Assembly: GCA_019112785.1 (NCBI GenBank)
Contig: DXIQ01000017.1
Location: forward strand, 5,360 to 69,359
Length of the DNA stretch: 64,000 nucleotides
Reading direction: 5' to 3'
Source: Candidatus Blautia stercorigallinarum
GTDB taxonomy: Bacteria > Bacillota > Clostridia > Lachnospirales > Lachnospiraceae
This document shows positions 46,033 to 55,013 of the stretch, in pieces; within the stretch, counting starts at the first letter, position 1; each line of letters opens with the position of its first letter. The notes beneath the pieces are model-generated. The model was not told the DNA's origin, ran no database searches, and saw only the letters and a program-made list of their open reading frames with translations. The position numbers and the translations under genes were made by a program.

Positions 46033-48767
46033 TTCCTTCTTCCTTTCTTCAATATCTTTCGGTCTATCCGTTTCTGTATACGAATAGAAAAACCTGCCAG
46101 AATGACTATCACTGTCAGACTTCCACACCCCAATGCAAAAAGAATATACTGGTCAGTAGGTTCATATCGAAATTCTACTGTACACTGTCCTTCAGGAACC
46201 TCTACACCCCTGAAAAGATAATTGCATTTTATAAGCTCCTGTTCATCCCCATTTACATAAACCTTCCAATCGGGATTATAATACTCATTCAATATTAGGA
46301 TTTTAGATGTACCGGTAGTTACCTTCACAACCACACGATCATCTGTATGCTCTGTGATCACTGCTTGATCGTTTTCTTTCACTGTGCCGATTTCACTCCA
46401 GGAAGAAATTTTTTCTGCTTCTTCCCGCTCTAAGAATACCATATTCTTATCAAAAGAATCTTCCATTCGTCTGAGAACTTCTTCATCATTATCATAAACT
46501 TCTATTGCATCAGCAAGTTCTACTCTGTCCGTATATTCATCCAACTTCCTGGAAACCAGTCCGTCTTCTCCTATATAGTCATCTTTTCCGAATACTTCTA
46601 CAGCCAGAGGCGCATCTGCTTCCAAATCATTATAATATGCATCTGGAAGTTTCCAGTTATCCCTATCTAAATAAAATGTAAGCGGTTTTTCTTCCGAAGT
46701 ATTTGTGGTAATTCTCAGGATATATACCGTATCTTTCTTTAGCGTATTGCCATCCAGTTTCATAAGAAACGACGTATTGTCCTTAATATTCCGCATATCA
46801 TATGAATTCCGATAAACACAGTCTCCTGTGTCTTCTTCCAGGATCTCCAAAATACATCTGTCTCCTGCTTCGTACTGTGTCTGATACGTTCCTGCCAATA
46901 GCCGTATAGCCTGAGGTGAATCCTCCTGGAACTGGATTTCCTGCTCCAGCTTGTTATCCTTTGATAAAAATCCAGGAAGACTATAGTCTCCTGCATGTTC
47001 ATTTGCGATCACCAAATATTTGGTTCCGAGATATTTTAAAAGATTTTCATTAATATCATTGACATTTTCTGTAGGAAGAATAAATCTTGTAGGACTGTCC
47101 AATCCCTCTTCCCCAGCCATAGCGGTATAATATGTTTTCATATCTTCATTAGTAAATACGAAATTATGGCCTCTTATATCATCTAGTCCATAATAAACCC
47201 CTGTGTTCGGAAAAAGGGTCCAGGAGCCAGTGGCCGCGATTCTTTCATACTCTGTATTATTCTGAAGATACTCTATGGTATCTGTAGCCTCTGGAATATC
47301 TGCCGTACCTTTTTCAACTTCCGGAAAATAATCTTTTGCAAAAGATGCCATATTGAAAATAACAACGGTACACAACAGTGTCATGATCAAAGACATTTTA
47401 ATTTTTCGTATCAGAACTGCAGCCAGCAGCAAAAATAAGATTGTTGCGGTAATGATATATATTTTATAATCTTCATAATATTCTTCTGAACTTTCTCTCA
47501 GGTACGTCCAAATATAGCCGTAGCATAAAGCCCCTCCGCCCAGCAGCAGGCAGAAAAAATACCGGATTTTATGTCTCAGATAGTACTCCCTGTTTTCAAC
47601 AAGATCCTGCAGATTGAGGCCCAGTAACACTGCTCCGGCAAAATTGAATAATGTAATGATCCTAAATTTTGAAGAAGTATTCACTGCAGGGAGCAGCTTA
47701 TAAACACTGTCAAATACGTGTGTAAAGATGAGCAGGAATATAACCAGCAGAGATATCAGCCAAAACTTTGAATTTTTCTTTTTTTTGAAATTCAGAAAGC
47801 TGAAAAAGAAAACCAGTATTGCCGCCAGTCCCACATAAATCGTAGATTCATTCATATGAAACTCCGATGAAACTCTGATATACGGCAGCACCAGAGAAGA
47901 CAGATATTCCCAAGGAAGGACCTCCCCCGCTCTTCCTGCTCTTGACCCTGCATATCCATTTGCGCCTACGCTGGAGAGAAGTGATCCTGTATAAGGCAGA
48001 CTGCAGACAACAGCAAGCAATACTGCAATAAACACTGCCGGAAATATAATGAGAATTTTTTTACCTTCTTTCCTGTATATCCATATCGTTCTGAAAAAAA
48101 CATACGCTGCTAAAATATACAGAAAATATGCCGCATAAGTAGGCATTCCCGCCACCAGCATAAAATAGACGGTTAAAATCAGTCCAAAACAATATTTTAT
48201 TTTTACTGTTTTTAAAAATTTTTCAAAAAAGAAAAATGCAAAAGGAGCAAGAGCCGCTACATCACTGTGCTGCCATCCCAGCCACATTACGATAACTGAA
48301 GAGAAGCAATAAGTGACCCCTGCGATTGCTGCAGGAAACTTTTTGCATTCCAAACTCCTTATAAAAAAATACATACCAAAAAAAGCAATCAAAAACTCAG
48401 CGCCGGTTCTTAAAACCGTGGCAATATTAAGGGGCAATATATATATATAATTTAAAGGATATAGCCAGCTGGATATGTTGCTTTCCGTCCCCAAAGCTAT
48501 ATCCGGATCCCACAGACCGCCAATGCTCCCATCTTTAATAGTGGTATATAGTTCAGTGGTAAAAGAGTCTATCACATCAGACAGCACCGGACCGTCTGTC
48601 TTCACTCCAAGAGTATTCCATGGAGAAGATTCATACATCAAATTTGTAAAAGATAGCTGATATTCTCCAAATATATTTTCAGAGTATAAAAACAGTACAG
48701 TACAAACTATTCCTATGATCATTACTCCATACTTTTTAAAAAAGGATATCCATTTTTTCCTGCTCAT
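46029..48767 (-). CDS. YfhO family polytopic membrane protein (GT-C-like extracytoplasmic glycosyltransferase)
   Basis: About 912 aa: N-terminal block of roughly 13 TM helices, a large extracytoplasmic domain, and a single C-terminal TM helix. The start is either ATG 48779 or ATG 48767; the latter forms an ATGA overlap with the upstream GT stop. Confidence 0.8.
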   Translation of the reverse strand: MSRKKWISFFKKYGVMIIGIVCTVLFLYSENIFGEYQLSFTNLMYESSPWNTLGVKTDGPVLSDVIDSFTTELYTTIKDGSIGGLWDPDIALGTESNISSWLYPLNYIYILPLNIATVLRTGAEFLIAFFGMYFFIRSLECKKFPAAIAGVTYCFSSVIVMWLGWQHSDVAALAPFAFFFFEKFLKTVKIKYCFGLILTVYFMLVAGMPTYAAYFLYILAAYVFFRTIWIYRKEGKKILIIFPAVFIAVLLAVVCSLPYTGSLLSSVGANGYAGSRAGRAGEVLPWEYLSSLVLPYIRVSSEFHMNESTIYVGLAAILVFFFSFLNFKKKKNSKFWLISLLVIFLLIFTHVFDSVYKLLPAVNTSSKFRIITLFNFAGAVLLGLNLQDLVENREYYLRHKIRYFFCLLLGGGALCYGYIWTYLRESSEEYYEDYKIYIITATILFLLLAAVLIRKIKMSLIMTLLCTVVIFNMASFAKDYFPEVEKGTADIPEATDTIEYLQNNTEYERIAATGSWTLFPNTGVYYGLDDIRGHNFVFTNEDMKTYYTAMAGEEGLDSPTRFILPTENVNDINENLLKYLGTKYLVIANEHAGDYSLPGFLSKDNKLEQEIQFQEDSPQAIRLLAGTYQTQYEAGDRCILEILEEDTGDCVYRNSYDMRNIKDNTSFLMKLDGNTLKKDTVYILRITTNTSEEKPLTFYLDRDNWKLPDAYYNDLEADAPLAVEVFGKDDYIGEDGLVSRKLDEYTDRVELADAIEVYDNDEEVLRRMEDSFDKNMVFLEREEAEKISSWSEIGTVKENDQAVITEHTDDRVVVKVTTGTSKILILNEYYNPDWKVYVNGDEQELIKCNYLFRGVEVPEGQCTVEFRYEPTDQYILFALGCGSLTVIVILAGFSIRIQKRIDRKILKKGRRK

Positions 48768-49750
48768 CGTCTGCTCCATCTATCCCTGCATTCCAAAATC
48801 TTCTCCGCCAGCTTCTTTCCGCTTCCCATTTCCACAAAACTTATTCCCGGCTCTTTTTCTGAATACAGTTCGTGGTTCGCAGGATTTTCTCCCAGGATCA
48901 TCGGTTTCTCCATGGCACGGTAGATATAAGCTTTACCTGGAATGGTCCTCTTGGCCTTATTGATCTCCCTGTTAAAATGTCCTGCCAGACACAGATCGGA
49001 AAAGGCAATATAATCGGAAAGTTTGTCCTGACTGAGCCATTGAATATAATGTATATTGGGGCCGGAAGGCTTTGTCATTTTTTCTCCTATGGGTCCAATA
49101 ATATAGAAACAGATATCTGTTCTGTCCTTTAGGCGTTCTGCTGCTTCCAGTACAATATCCACACCCTGAAGAGGAAGTATGCTTCCAAAATATAAAACCG
49201 TATATTTCCCCTTTGCCGGTTCAGGTTTTTCGATCTGATGGGGATAATAAATACTTGTATCCGCTTCCAGATACATTACCTGCATCTTTTCCGGGTCCGC
49301 TCCCAGTTCCTCTGAAAAATACTTTGCATGGGCTCTGGTATCTGCAATAATCTTATCTGCTGCTTTCAGTGTCTTTCTGTCCAGCCATGCCAGAAGTTTT
49401 CCAAATACAGACTCCGGTTTGAATTTTTTTCTGTCAAAAGCCAATGTGTCGTACATAGAAATAAAAAAATCTATATATAGCTTGCTTTTCCTGAATTTCC
49501 ATTTAAAAAAAGGTACTACCAGCTGGGGGGAAAATCCTACAAAAACCGCATCATATTTCTTACAGGATCTGGTCAGTATCCTCCAATATACCTTTAGCAG
49601 TCTCATAGGATAGCTTTTATCCTTTGTGCCTATAACTGAAAGAAAATCCGTCTTTTCTTTCAGTTGACGGATTTCTTGAGTGTTTCGTAAATAATCTAAA
49701 TTTTTTGTGGTAATAAAAAGGACTTTTTTATTTTTCAGTTCTTCAAACAT
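48764..49750 (-). CDS. glycosyltransferase, GT-B fold (group 1/GT4-like)
   Basis: 328 aa with two Rossmann-like halves (KVLFITTKN..., YTVLYFGSILPLQGVD...) and a C-terminal acidic motif region (AGHFNRE...GKAYIYRAMEKPMILGE). Family assignment is by pattern only. Confidence 0.6.
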   Translation of the reverse strand: MFEELKNKKVLFITTKNLDYLRNTQEIRQLKEKTDFLSVIGTKDKSYPMRLLKVYWRILTRSCKKYDAVFVGFSPQLVVPFFKWKFRKSKLYIDFFISMYDTLAFDRKKFKPESVFGKLLAWLDRKTLKAADKIIADTRAHAKYFSEELGADPEKMQVMYLEADTSIYYPHQIEKPEPAKGKYTVLYFGSILPLQGVDIVLEAAERLKDRTDICFYIIGPIGEKMTKPSGPNIHYIQWLSQDKLSDYIAFSDLCLAGHFNREINKAKRTIPGKAYIYRAMEKPMILGENPANHELYSEKEPGISFVEMGSGKKLAEKILECRDRWSRR

Positions 49751-49774
49751 TTGTATCCTCTCTTGGATCAGGCT

Positions 49775-50755
49775 TTATTTTTCTGCTTCTTTTTCTGTTT
49801 CTTTCCAGTGTTTTTCAGATCCATAGTCCAGTCTGCGGACTCTCTCCTGGGTATCCTCCAGAATTTTTCTGTTGGATGCGATCAGATCAGCCAGAAGTCC
49901 TGAAATAATGGTCTGGAATCCCAGGATCATTAATGTACTGGCCAGGATCAGGGACTGAACATGTCCCGCACTGTTTCCCATAAGCAGAAGTATCAGAAAA
50001 CGCAGTCCGATAATAAGCCCTACGCCAAATACCAGCCCTCCTATAATACTGAAAAAACGCAGTGGCTTATACATCATAAAAGCCCTGATAATAGTCAGGA
50101 CCGATTTCTTAATATACCCGAACATACTGTTAAACAGTCTGGACTTTCTCAACTCCGGATTGGTTCTGATTGGCACAGAAGTGATGGCCATCTTATTTCT
50201 TCCTGCCTGAACAATGGTTTCCAGTGTATACGTATATTCATTTACTACATTCATTTTCAGAGCAGCTGCTCTGCTCAGGGCTCTGAACCCGCTGGGAGCA
50301 TCCGGTATATCTGTATGGGAAGCCACCCGTACCGTCCAGCTTCCGATATGCTGGAGTTTCTTTTTCAGAGGTGAAAAATGCTCGGTCTGGTCAATAGGTC
50401 TTTCTCCTATAACAATGTCTGATTTTCCCTCTAAAATAGGACGGACTAATTTTTCAATATCTGCTCCGCAATATTGGTTGTCTGCATCGGTATTGACTAT
50501 AATATCTGCCCCGTTTCTCAGACATGCGTCCAATCCAGCCATGAATCCTCTTGCAAGTCCTTTATTGGACTTAAAATTCACTACATAATGAACGCCCCAT
50601 TTTTTTGCCACTTCTACTGTATTATCTTTGCTTCCGTCATTAATGATCAGATATTCGATCTCATCTATGCCATCAATATGCTTTGGCAAATCATTCAAAG
50701 CTATCTCCAAAGTTTCTGCTTCATTATAACAAGGTATTTGAATGATCAATTTCAT
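49775..50755 (-). CDS. polyprenyl-phosphate glycosyltransferase, GT2 with two C-terminal TM helices (GtrB / CsbB / GacI / ArnC type)
   Basis: 326 aa. IQIPCYNEAETL, INDGSKDNT, NTDADNQ (DxD), then two hydrophobic helices near the C-terminus. Confidence 0.85.
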   Translation of the reverse strand: MKLIIQIPCYNEAETLEIALNDLPKHIDGIDEIEYLIINDGSKDNTVEVAKKWGVHYVVNFKSNKGLARGFMAGLDACLRNGADIIVNTDADNQYCGADIEKLVRPILEGKSDIVIGERPIDQTEHFSPLKKKLQHIGSWTVRVASHTDIPDAPSGFRALSRAAALKMNVVNEYTYTLETIVQAGRNKMAITSVPIRTNPELRKSRLFNSMFGYIKKSVLTIIRAFMMYKPLRFFSIIGGLVFGVGLIIGLRFLILLLMGNSAGHVQSLILASTLMILGFQTIISGLLADLIASNRKILEDTQERVRRLDYGSEKHWKETEKEAEK

Positions 50756-50809
50756 TTCTGTTTACTCCTTTGTAACACTCTGGATATTTCTCTGTAATAT
50801 ATCTTTTTG

Positions 50810-50838
50810 ATTATAGCACATGCAATTCTGCTTTTCAA
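50810..50838 (-). promoter_or_regulatory. near-consensus sigma-A-type promoter in front of the GtrB-like GT2 gene
   Basis: Minus strand: TTGAAA (50838-50833), 17-nt spacer ending in TGC, TATAAT (50815-50810), giving an extended -10 TGcTATAAT. Confidence 0.6.
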
Positions 50839-50877
50839 TTCAAAATCTAACATGTTTTCCTGGCGCTCCTGCTATTC

Positions 50878-52152
50878 TTATGTATTTTTTATCTGTTTTT
50901 TTCTGACTTTATATCCCCACAGAATCACCAGGGCAAAATATACCGCGATAACCGCCACTACAATCGTGTAAAAAACAGAAACTCCCAGAATACCGCCCTG
51001 TTCCACTGTCCATCTGCCCAAAAGCAAAAACAGGCCATATCCCAGAAGATAACCGGCGATCAGCCAGTTCTGTCTTCTGATCACAGTAAGGATCATCTGA
51101 TAAAAACTTGTATATGCCAAAAATCCGCCGCCAAGAAGCAGGACCATTAGTTCTGTCTTATATCCTGCCAGATCTACTCCATATACAACAGACAACACCG
51201 GAATTCCCAGCACAAAACCTCCCGCCAGAACAAAAACCGTAAGTCCGATCATAATAGCGCTCTGCCTGACCACCATAGACAGAAAACTCCTCAGCTCTCC
51301 TTTATGCCAGAGAAGAGCCATCTTCCCGATCAAAGGCTGGTAAATAAATCTACTCAACAGACCGATAACAAAAACAGGCATAAAAATATAGTTAAAACAG
51401 GCCTGTTCCTGGCTGCTTAACACAGCGTCAATAGAGTATTTGGGGGCATTTCCTATATAGATCACCAGATAAGCGGCAAGAAAAAGTGGAAAACACTCCA
51501 TAAACATATGTTTTATATTTTCTGCTTTCCATGTAACGACCGTAGGCTGAAAATTTTTTATTGCTGTCGTATTTAAAACAACGCAAAGAAACAATGATGC
51601 GAAAAGCGAAAGCAGAGAAGCCATGATCAGGCTTTTCGTCAATATATAGGACAGGATAAAAGTAAGGATATATCCCAAAAGACGGATCGTCATAGCTTTT
51701 GCGCCGATATCCAGACGGTCCCTCTGCTGCAGACGCCCCTGAAAAACATCTTCTACTGAATCAATAGTTTTCGAAAGGCAGATAAGAAACACTGCGATAC
51801 TTTTTTCAAGATCATAGGCTCCTGTCCAGTAGTGGATACCTACATAAAAAAATGAAACGACCACCATCAGACTGCTGGTAATGACCCTGGCTCCCACATA
51901 CTCCCTGAAACTATATTTTTCCTGTACATCAGAAACCTGAAACTGCCGGATACCATACTGGCCAATGGTCAGCATAAGATTTCCGATGGCAAATGCAATC
52001 GTAAAGACCCCGGCATCTGTTACCGGATCAATTCTGGAAATAATCATCAGGATCAGCACGGACTGAAAAGAATTCAGCATTGCCGCCCATGTATTCCAGA
52101 TATATGCTGTTTTTTGTGTGTCCCTGGTATTGTATAAAAAAGCCTTTATCAT
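50878..52152 (-). CDS. MOP/Wzx-like oligosaccharide flippase (polysaccharide biosynthesis protein family)
   Basis: 424 aa, about 12 TM helices, GGAGG upstream. Assignment rests on topology and sequence character. Confidence 0.75.
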   Translation of the reverse strand: MIKAFLYNTRDTQKTAYIWNTWAAMLNSFQSVLILMIISRIDPVTDAGVFTIAFAIGNLMLTIGQYGIRQFQVSDVQEKYSFREYVGARVITSSLMVVVSFFYVGIHYWTGAYDLEKSIAVFLICLSKTIDSVEDVFQGRLQQRDRLDIGAKAMTIRLLGYILTFILSYILTKSLIMASLLSLFASLFLCVVLNTTAIKNFQPTVVTWKAENIKHMFMECFPLFLAAYLVIYIGNAPKYSIDAVLSSQEQACFNYIFMPVFVIGLLSRFIYQPLIGKMALLWHKGELRSFLSMVVRQSAIMIGLTVFVLAGGFVLGIPVLSVVYGVDLAGYKTELMVLLLGGGFLAYTSFYQMILTVIRRQNWLIAGYLLGYGLFLLLGRWTVEQGGILGVSVFYTIVVAVIAVYFALVILWGYKVRKKQIKNT

Positions 52153-52265
52153 AAAACCTCCGCTTTTCTTTCATCCTTATGTAAAATTGTCTGTTTCTTC
52201 ACTATAGCACATATCTGTAATATTTGCCAGCATGGGAGTTTCCATTTTCACAGTACCAGTCCTTT

Positions 52266-53543
52266 TCATGTCCCCGTCAAAACCTTATTCAGCACATCTG
52301 CCAGTGGCTCCATAGAATTCATCTCTTCTTCCACTGTATTGGTCTGGGCTCCGCACTCTACCAGAAGAGTCTTTGGACGCAGATGAAGATTATACCGATA
52401 CCCTCTGAGATAAATGGTCCTGGCAAAATCCGGGTAATACTTTTCACAGGCCAGCATCATCTGGAGAGAAAAGGCCAGATTATCCTGGATATATGGATTT
52501 GGCAGGTAGCTGATCTCTCCGTTTTGTTTTGTCCTGCTCAGACCGTTGAAAAACATGACCTTGGCCGTCTGTTTTCCGTCCACCTCCGTCACCAGACGCT
52601 GATTATCCGCCACTCCATCTCTGTGGAGGTCAATGATCACTTCTATACTTGGATTTTCCTCCAGGACCTGGCTGATACGTTCCTGGGCATAGGTATAAGC
52701 CTGATTTCTATCCAGCTTTCCGTCTACAATATCGAAAGTATCGGTTACATGGAGCACGTTATACCCATAGTTTTCTTTCAGGATTTTCGTCAGATAATCC
52801 CCCACTCCTACGATGGTGGTAGAGGCATCTCCCGGAACAGAATCGATAAATTCTTCCTGAGAATGGGTATGGTAGATCAGGATCTGCGGCTGATCATTGC
52901 CTGTCTTCATTCTGAGATCCATCTGGATCAGTTCCGGGGCATTCAGCTGGTCGCTGGTAATACTGGTTGTGCTGTCTACAGTATAAAAATTACTGAGGAC
53001 AAAATCAAAGTCCTGCAGCTGTTCCATAGAAATATCTGTCACCGGCACCCTTTCCTGAGAAACCGATGCGCTTTTTGACTCCTCTTCTCCGGTTTCTGTG
53101 ATTTGTCCTTGCTCATCCTCCATTTCTTTATCCTGATCTTTTTGAGTGTCCCCGCCGGTAATCTCCAGACCATCCTCATCCGGTCCCGCCTCCTGATTTT
53201 CCTCGGTAAGCCGCTGTTTCAGGAATTCCTGATTTTCCTCTGCGATCCTGGCACTGGTAGTCACATCTTCCTTCGCCTGCACATCCTGTTCATCTGTATC
53301 CAGTACCGGAAGCTGATCTTTGGTTTTTTCCAGAAGCCAGGAAGCAAAAGAATCATTTTGCCGGTCCGCTCTGGTCACGCCTGGAAGATAGGTTTCTACC
53401 GCCTGCTGCTGTATGTTGCACATGAGCTTTTCTACAGATTCCTTATCCAGAGAAAGTCCTTTTATCACGATATATCCGGCCAAAGCCAGCATACTTATCC
53501 AGATTACAACAGAAACGGCCTTTGCAGCGTCTTTTTTCTTCAC
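52266..53543 (-). CDS. spoIIP: stage II sporulation protein P
   Basis: 425 aa. N-terminal TM helix, an acidic linker, then the SpoIIP amidase-like domain (ILIYHTHSQEEF..., IDLHRDG). Adjacent to gpr as in Bacillus. GTG start after GAGGTGA. Confidence 0.85.
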   Translation of the reverse strand: MKKKDAAKAVSVVIWISMLALAGYIVIKGLSLDKESVEKLMCNIQQQAVETYLPGVTRADRQNDSFASWLLEKTKDQLPVLDTDEQDVQAKEDVTTSARIAEENQEFLKQRLTEENQEAGPDEDGLEITGGDTQKDQDKEMEDEQGQITETGEEESKSASVSQERVPVTDISMEQLQDFDFVLSNFYTVDSTTSITSDQLNAPELIQMDLRMKTGNDQPQILIYHTHSQEEFIDSVPGDASTTIVGVGDYLTKILKENYGYNVLHVTDTFDIVDGKLDRNQAYTYAQERISQVLEENPSIEVIIDLHRDGVADNQRLVTEVDGKQTAKVMFFNGLSRTKQNGEISYLPNPYIQDNLAFSLQMMLACEKYYPDFARTIYLRGYRYNLHLRPKTLLVECGAQTNTVEEEMNSMEPLADVLNKVLTGT

Positions 53544-53583
53544 CCAATCACCTCATATCTATATATGAGACAATCCTTTTCAT

Positions 53584-54495
53584 TTATGCCTTTCCCTGGG
53601 TAAAGGTCATATTCAGTCCTTCTGAAATCGTATAAGCCAGACGTTTTACTGTTTCATCTACATCTTTAGGCGTGACAAACATACTATGGAGTGACGGGGC
53701 GATCATTTCCTCCAGAAATTCTTTCTTTTCGGCCTCCTCCAGGGTATCCAGAAGATGAGCCATGGCGTCATGAACGATAGTTGCCCCATCTACTACTGTT
53801 GGAACGCCGATCCCGATCACCATCGTTCCCAGAGTTTCTCTGTTTAAGCCTGTTCTGTGGTTGCCTACACCGGAACCGGGATTAATACCTGTATCTGTGA
53901 TCTGAATGGTACGGTTCAGCCTCCGGATACTTCTGGCCGCAAGGGCATCAATGGCTATGACTACATCCGGCCTGGTCTCTTCCATCACTCCTCTGATGAT
54001 CTCCATAGTTTCCATTCCCGTCTGGGCCATAACTCCCGGCGCCAGTCCGCTGACACTGTGGGCATGTTCCTCTCCCATCCCCTGGATCCCATATTCATTA
54101 ATAATATGTCTGGTAATGCGGAGATTTGCCACTACGTCGGGTCCCAAAGCATCCGGAGTGACTTCCCTGTTTCCCAGTCCTACTACCAGCACACTGAGAT
54201 CCTTCTTTTCCGGGAGGAGAGCCTTTACATGCCTGGAGAGCTCTTTGGATATCTCCCTGTGATAGTCCTCATCCGGCACAGACATGTTAGGAGCTTCCAG
54301 GGTAATATAGACTCCCTGGGATCTCCCCATAGCCCTTGCTCCGTTTTCAGTTTTGATCTTTACCACAGTGGTCCGGATATCCTTTTTTTCGTCATAATCC
54401 TCCTGGATCTCCACTCCTCTGATCTCTACGTTGTCCTCTTCAAATTTTTCCTTTGTCTCCAATGCCAGGTCTGTATGAATTCTTCCCATTGCCAT
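53584..54495 (-). CDS. gpr: germination protease (GPR endopeptidase)
   Basis: Track ORF ends at 54504; ATG 54495 (MAMGRIHTDLALE...) sits 7 nt after GAAAGGA. GPR family segments VVGLGN, TPDALGP, IAIDALAAR. Confidence 0.9.
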   Translation of the reverse strand: MAMGRIHTDLALETKEKFEEDNVEIRGVEIQEDYDEKKDIRTTVVKIKTENGARAMGRSQGVYITLEAPNMSVPDEDYHREISKELSRHVKALLPEKKDLSVLVVGLGNREVTPDALGPDVVANLRITRHIINEYGIQGMGEEHAHSVSGLAPGVMAQTGMETMEIIRGVMEETRPDVVIAIDALAARSIRRLNRTIQITDTGINPGSGVGNHRTGLNRETLGTMVIGIGVPTVVDGATIVHDAMAHLLDTLEEAEKKEFLEEMIAPSLHSMFVTPKDVDETVKRLAYTISEGLNMTFTQGKA

Positions 54496-54556
54496 GAAAA
54501 ACATCCTTTCTGTGCCTGTTTTTCCATATTTTTTGCAATTTCAAAGATTTTATGTA

Positions 54557-54585
54557 TTGACATTTCTCTCCAAATACACTAGAAT
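54557..54585 (+). promoter_or_regulatory. promoter of rpsT
   Basis: Consensus TTGACA (54557-54562), 17-nt spacer, TAGAAT (54580-54585). Confidence 0.6.
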
Positions 54586-54683
54586 TAAAAAGCATGTTGT
54601 ATCGGAGTATTCCGTGTCTTCTCCGATAAAAAAATAGGTATAATAATAAATAAATTGAATGATCACATTTGGAGGTGTACACT

Positions 54684-54947
54684 TTGGCTAACATTAAATC
54701 TGCAAAGAAAAGAATCTTAGTAAACAGAACAAAAGCTGAGAGAAATAAATCCATCAGATCAGCAGTAAAGACTTCTATCAAAAAAGTAGAGGCTGCTGTT
54801 GCTGCAAAGGATAAAGAAGCTGCTTCTGCTGCATTAAAGAACGCAATTTCTACAATCGACAAGGCTGCTACAAAAGGCGTTTATCACAAAAATAATGCTG
54901 CAAGAAAAGTTTCCCGCTTAGCAAAAGCCGTAAACACACTTAACTAA
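54684..54947 (+). CDS. rpsT: 30S ribosomal protein S20
   Basis: TTG start 54684, 7 nt after GGAGGTG. Begins (M)[22 protein letters not shown]..., the typical S20 N-terminus. Confidence 0.93.
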   Translation: MANIKSAKKRILVNRTKAERNKSIRSAVKTSIKKVEAAVAAKDKEAASAALKNAISTIDKAATKGVYHKNNAARKVSRLAKAVNTLN

Positions 54948-54967
54948 TTTTTATAGACTATAAAAGT

Positions 54968-55013
54968 AAAGAGTCTTCTGGCTGTCCGTCATCGGCCAGA
55001 AGGCTCTTTTTTT
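54968..55013. terminator. bidirectional intrinsic terminator between convergent rpsT and holA
   Basis: agagtcttctggc (54970-54982) / gccagaaggctct (54995-55007), then seven T. Confidence 0.7.

Noticed and set aside
54505-54556. Forespore sigma-F/sigma-G promoter expected upstream of gpr
   Set aside because: Such a promoter is expected from Bacillus biology. I could not align a convincing GHATR-N17/18-CATnnTA pattern in the 50-100 nt upstream of gpr, so no feature is reported.
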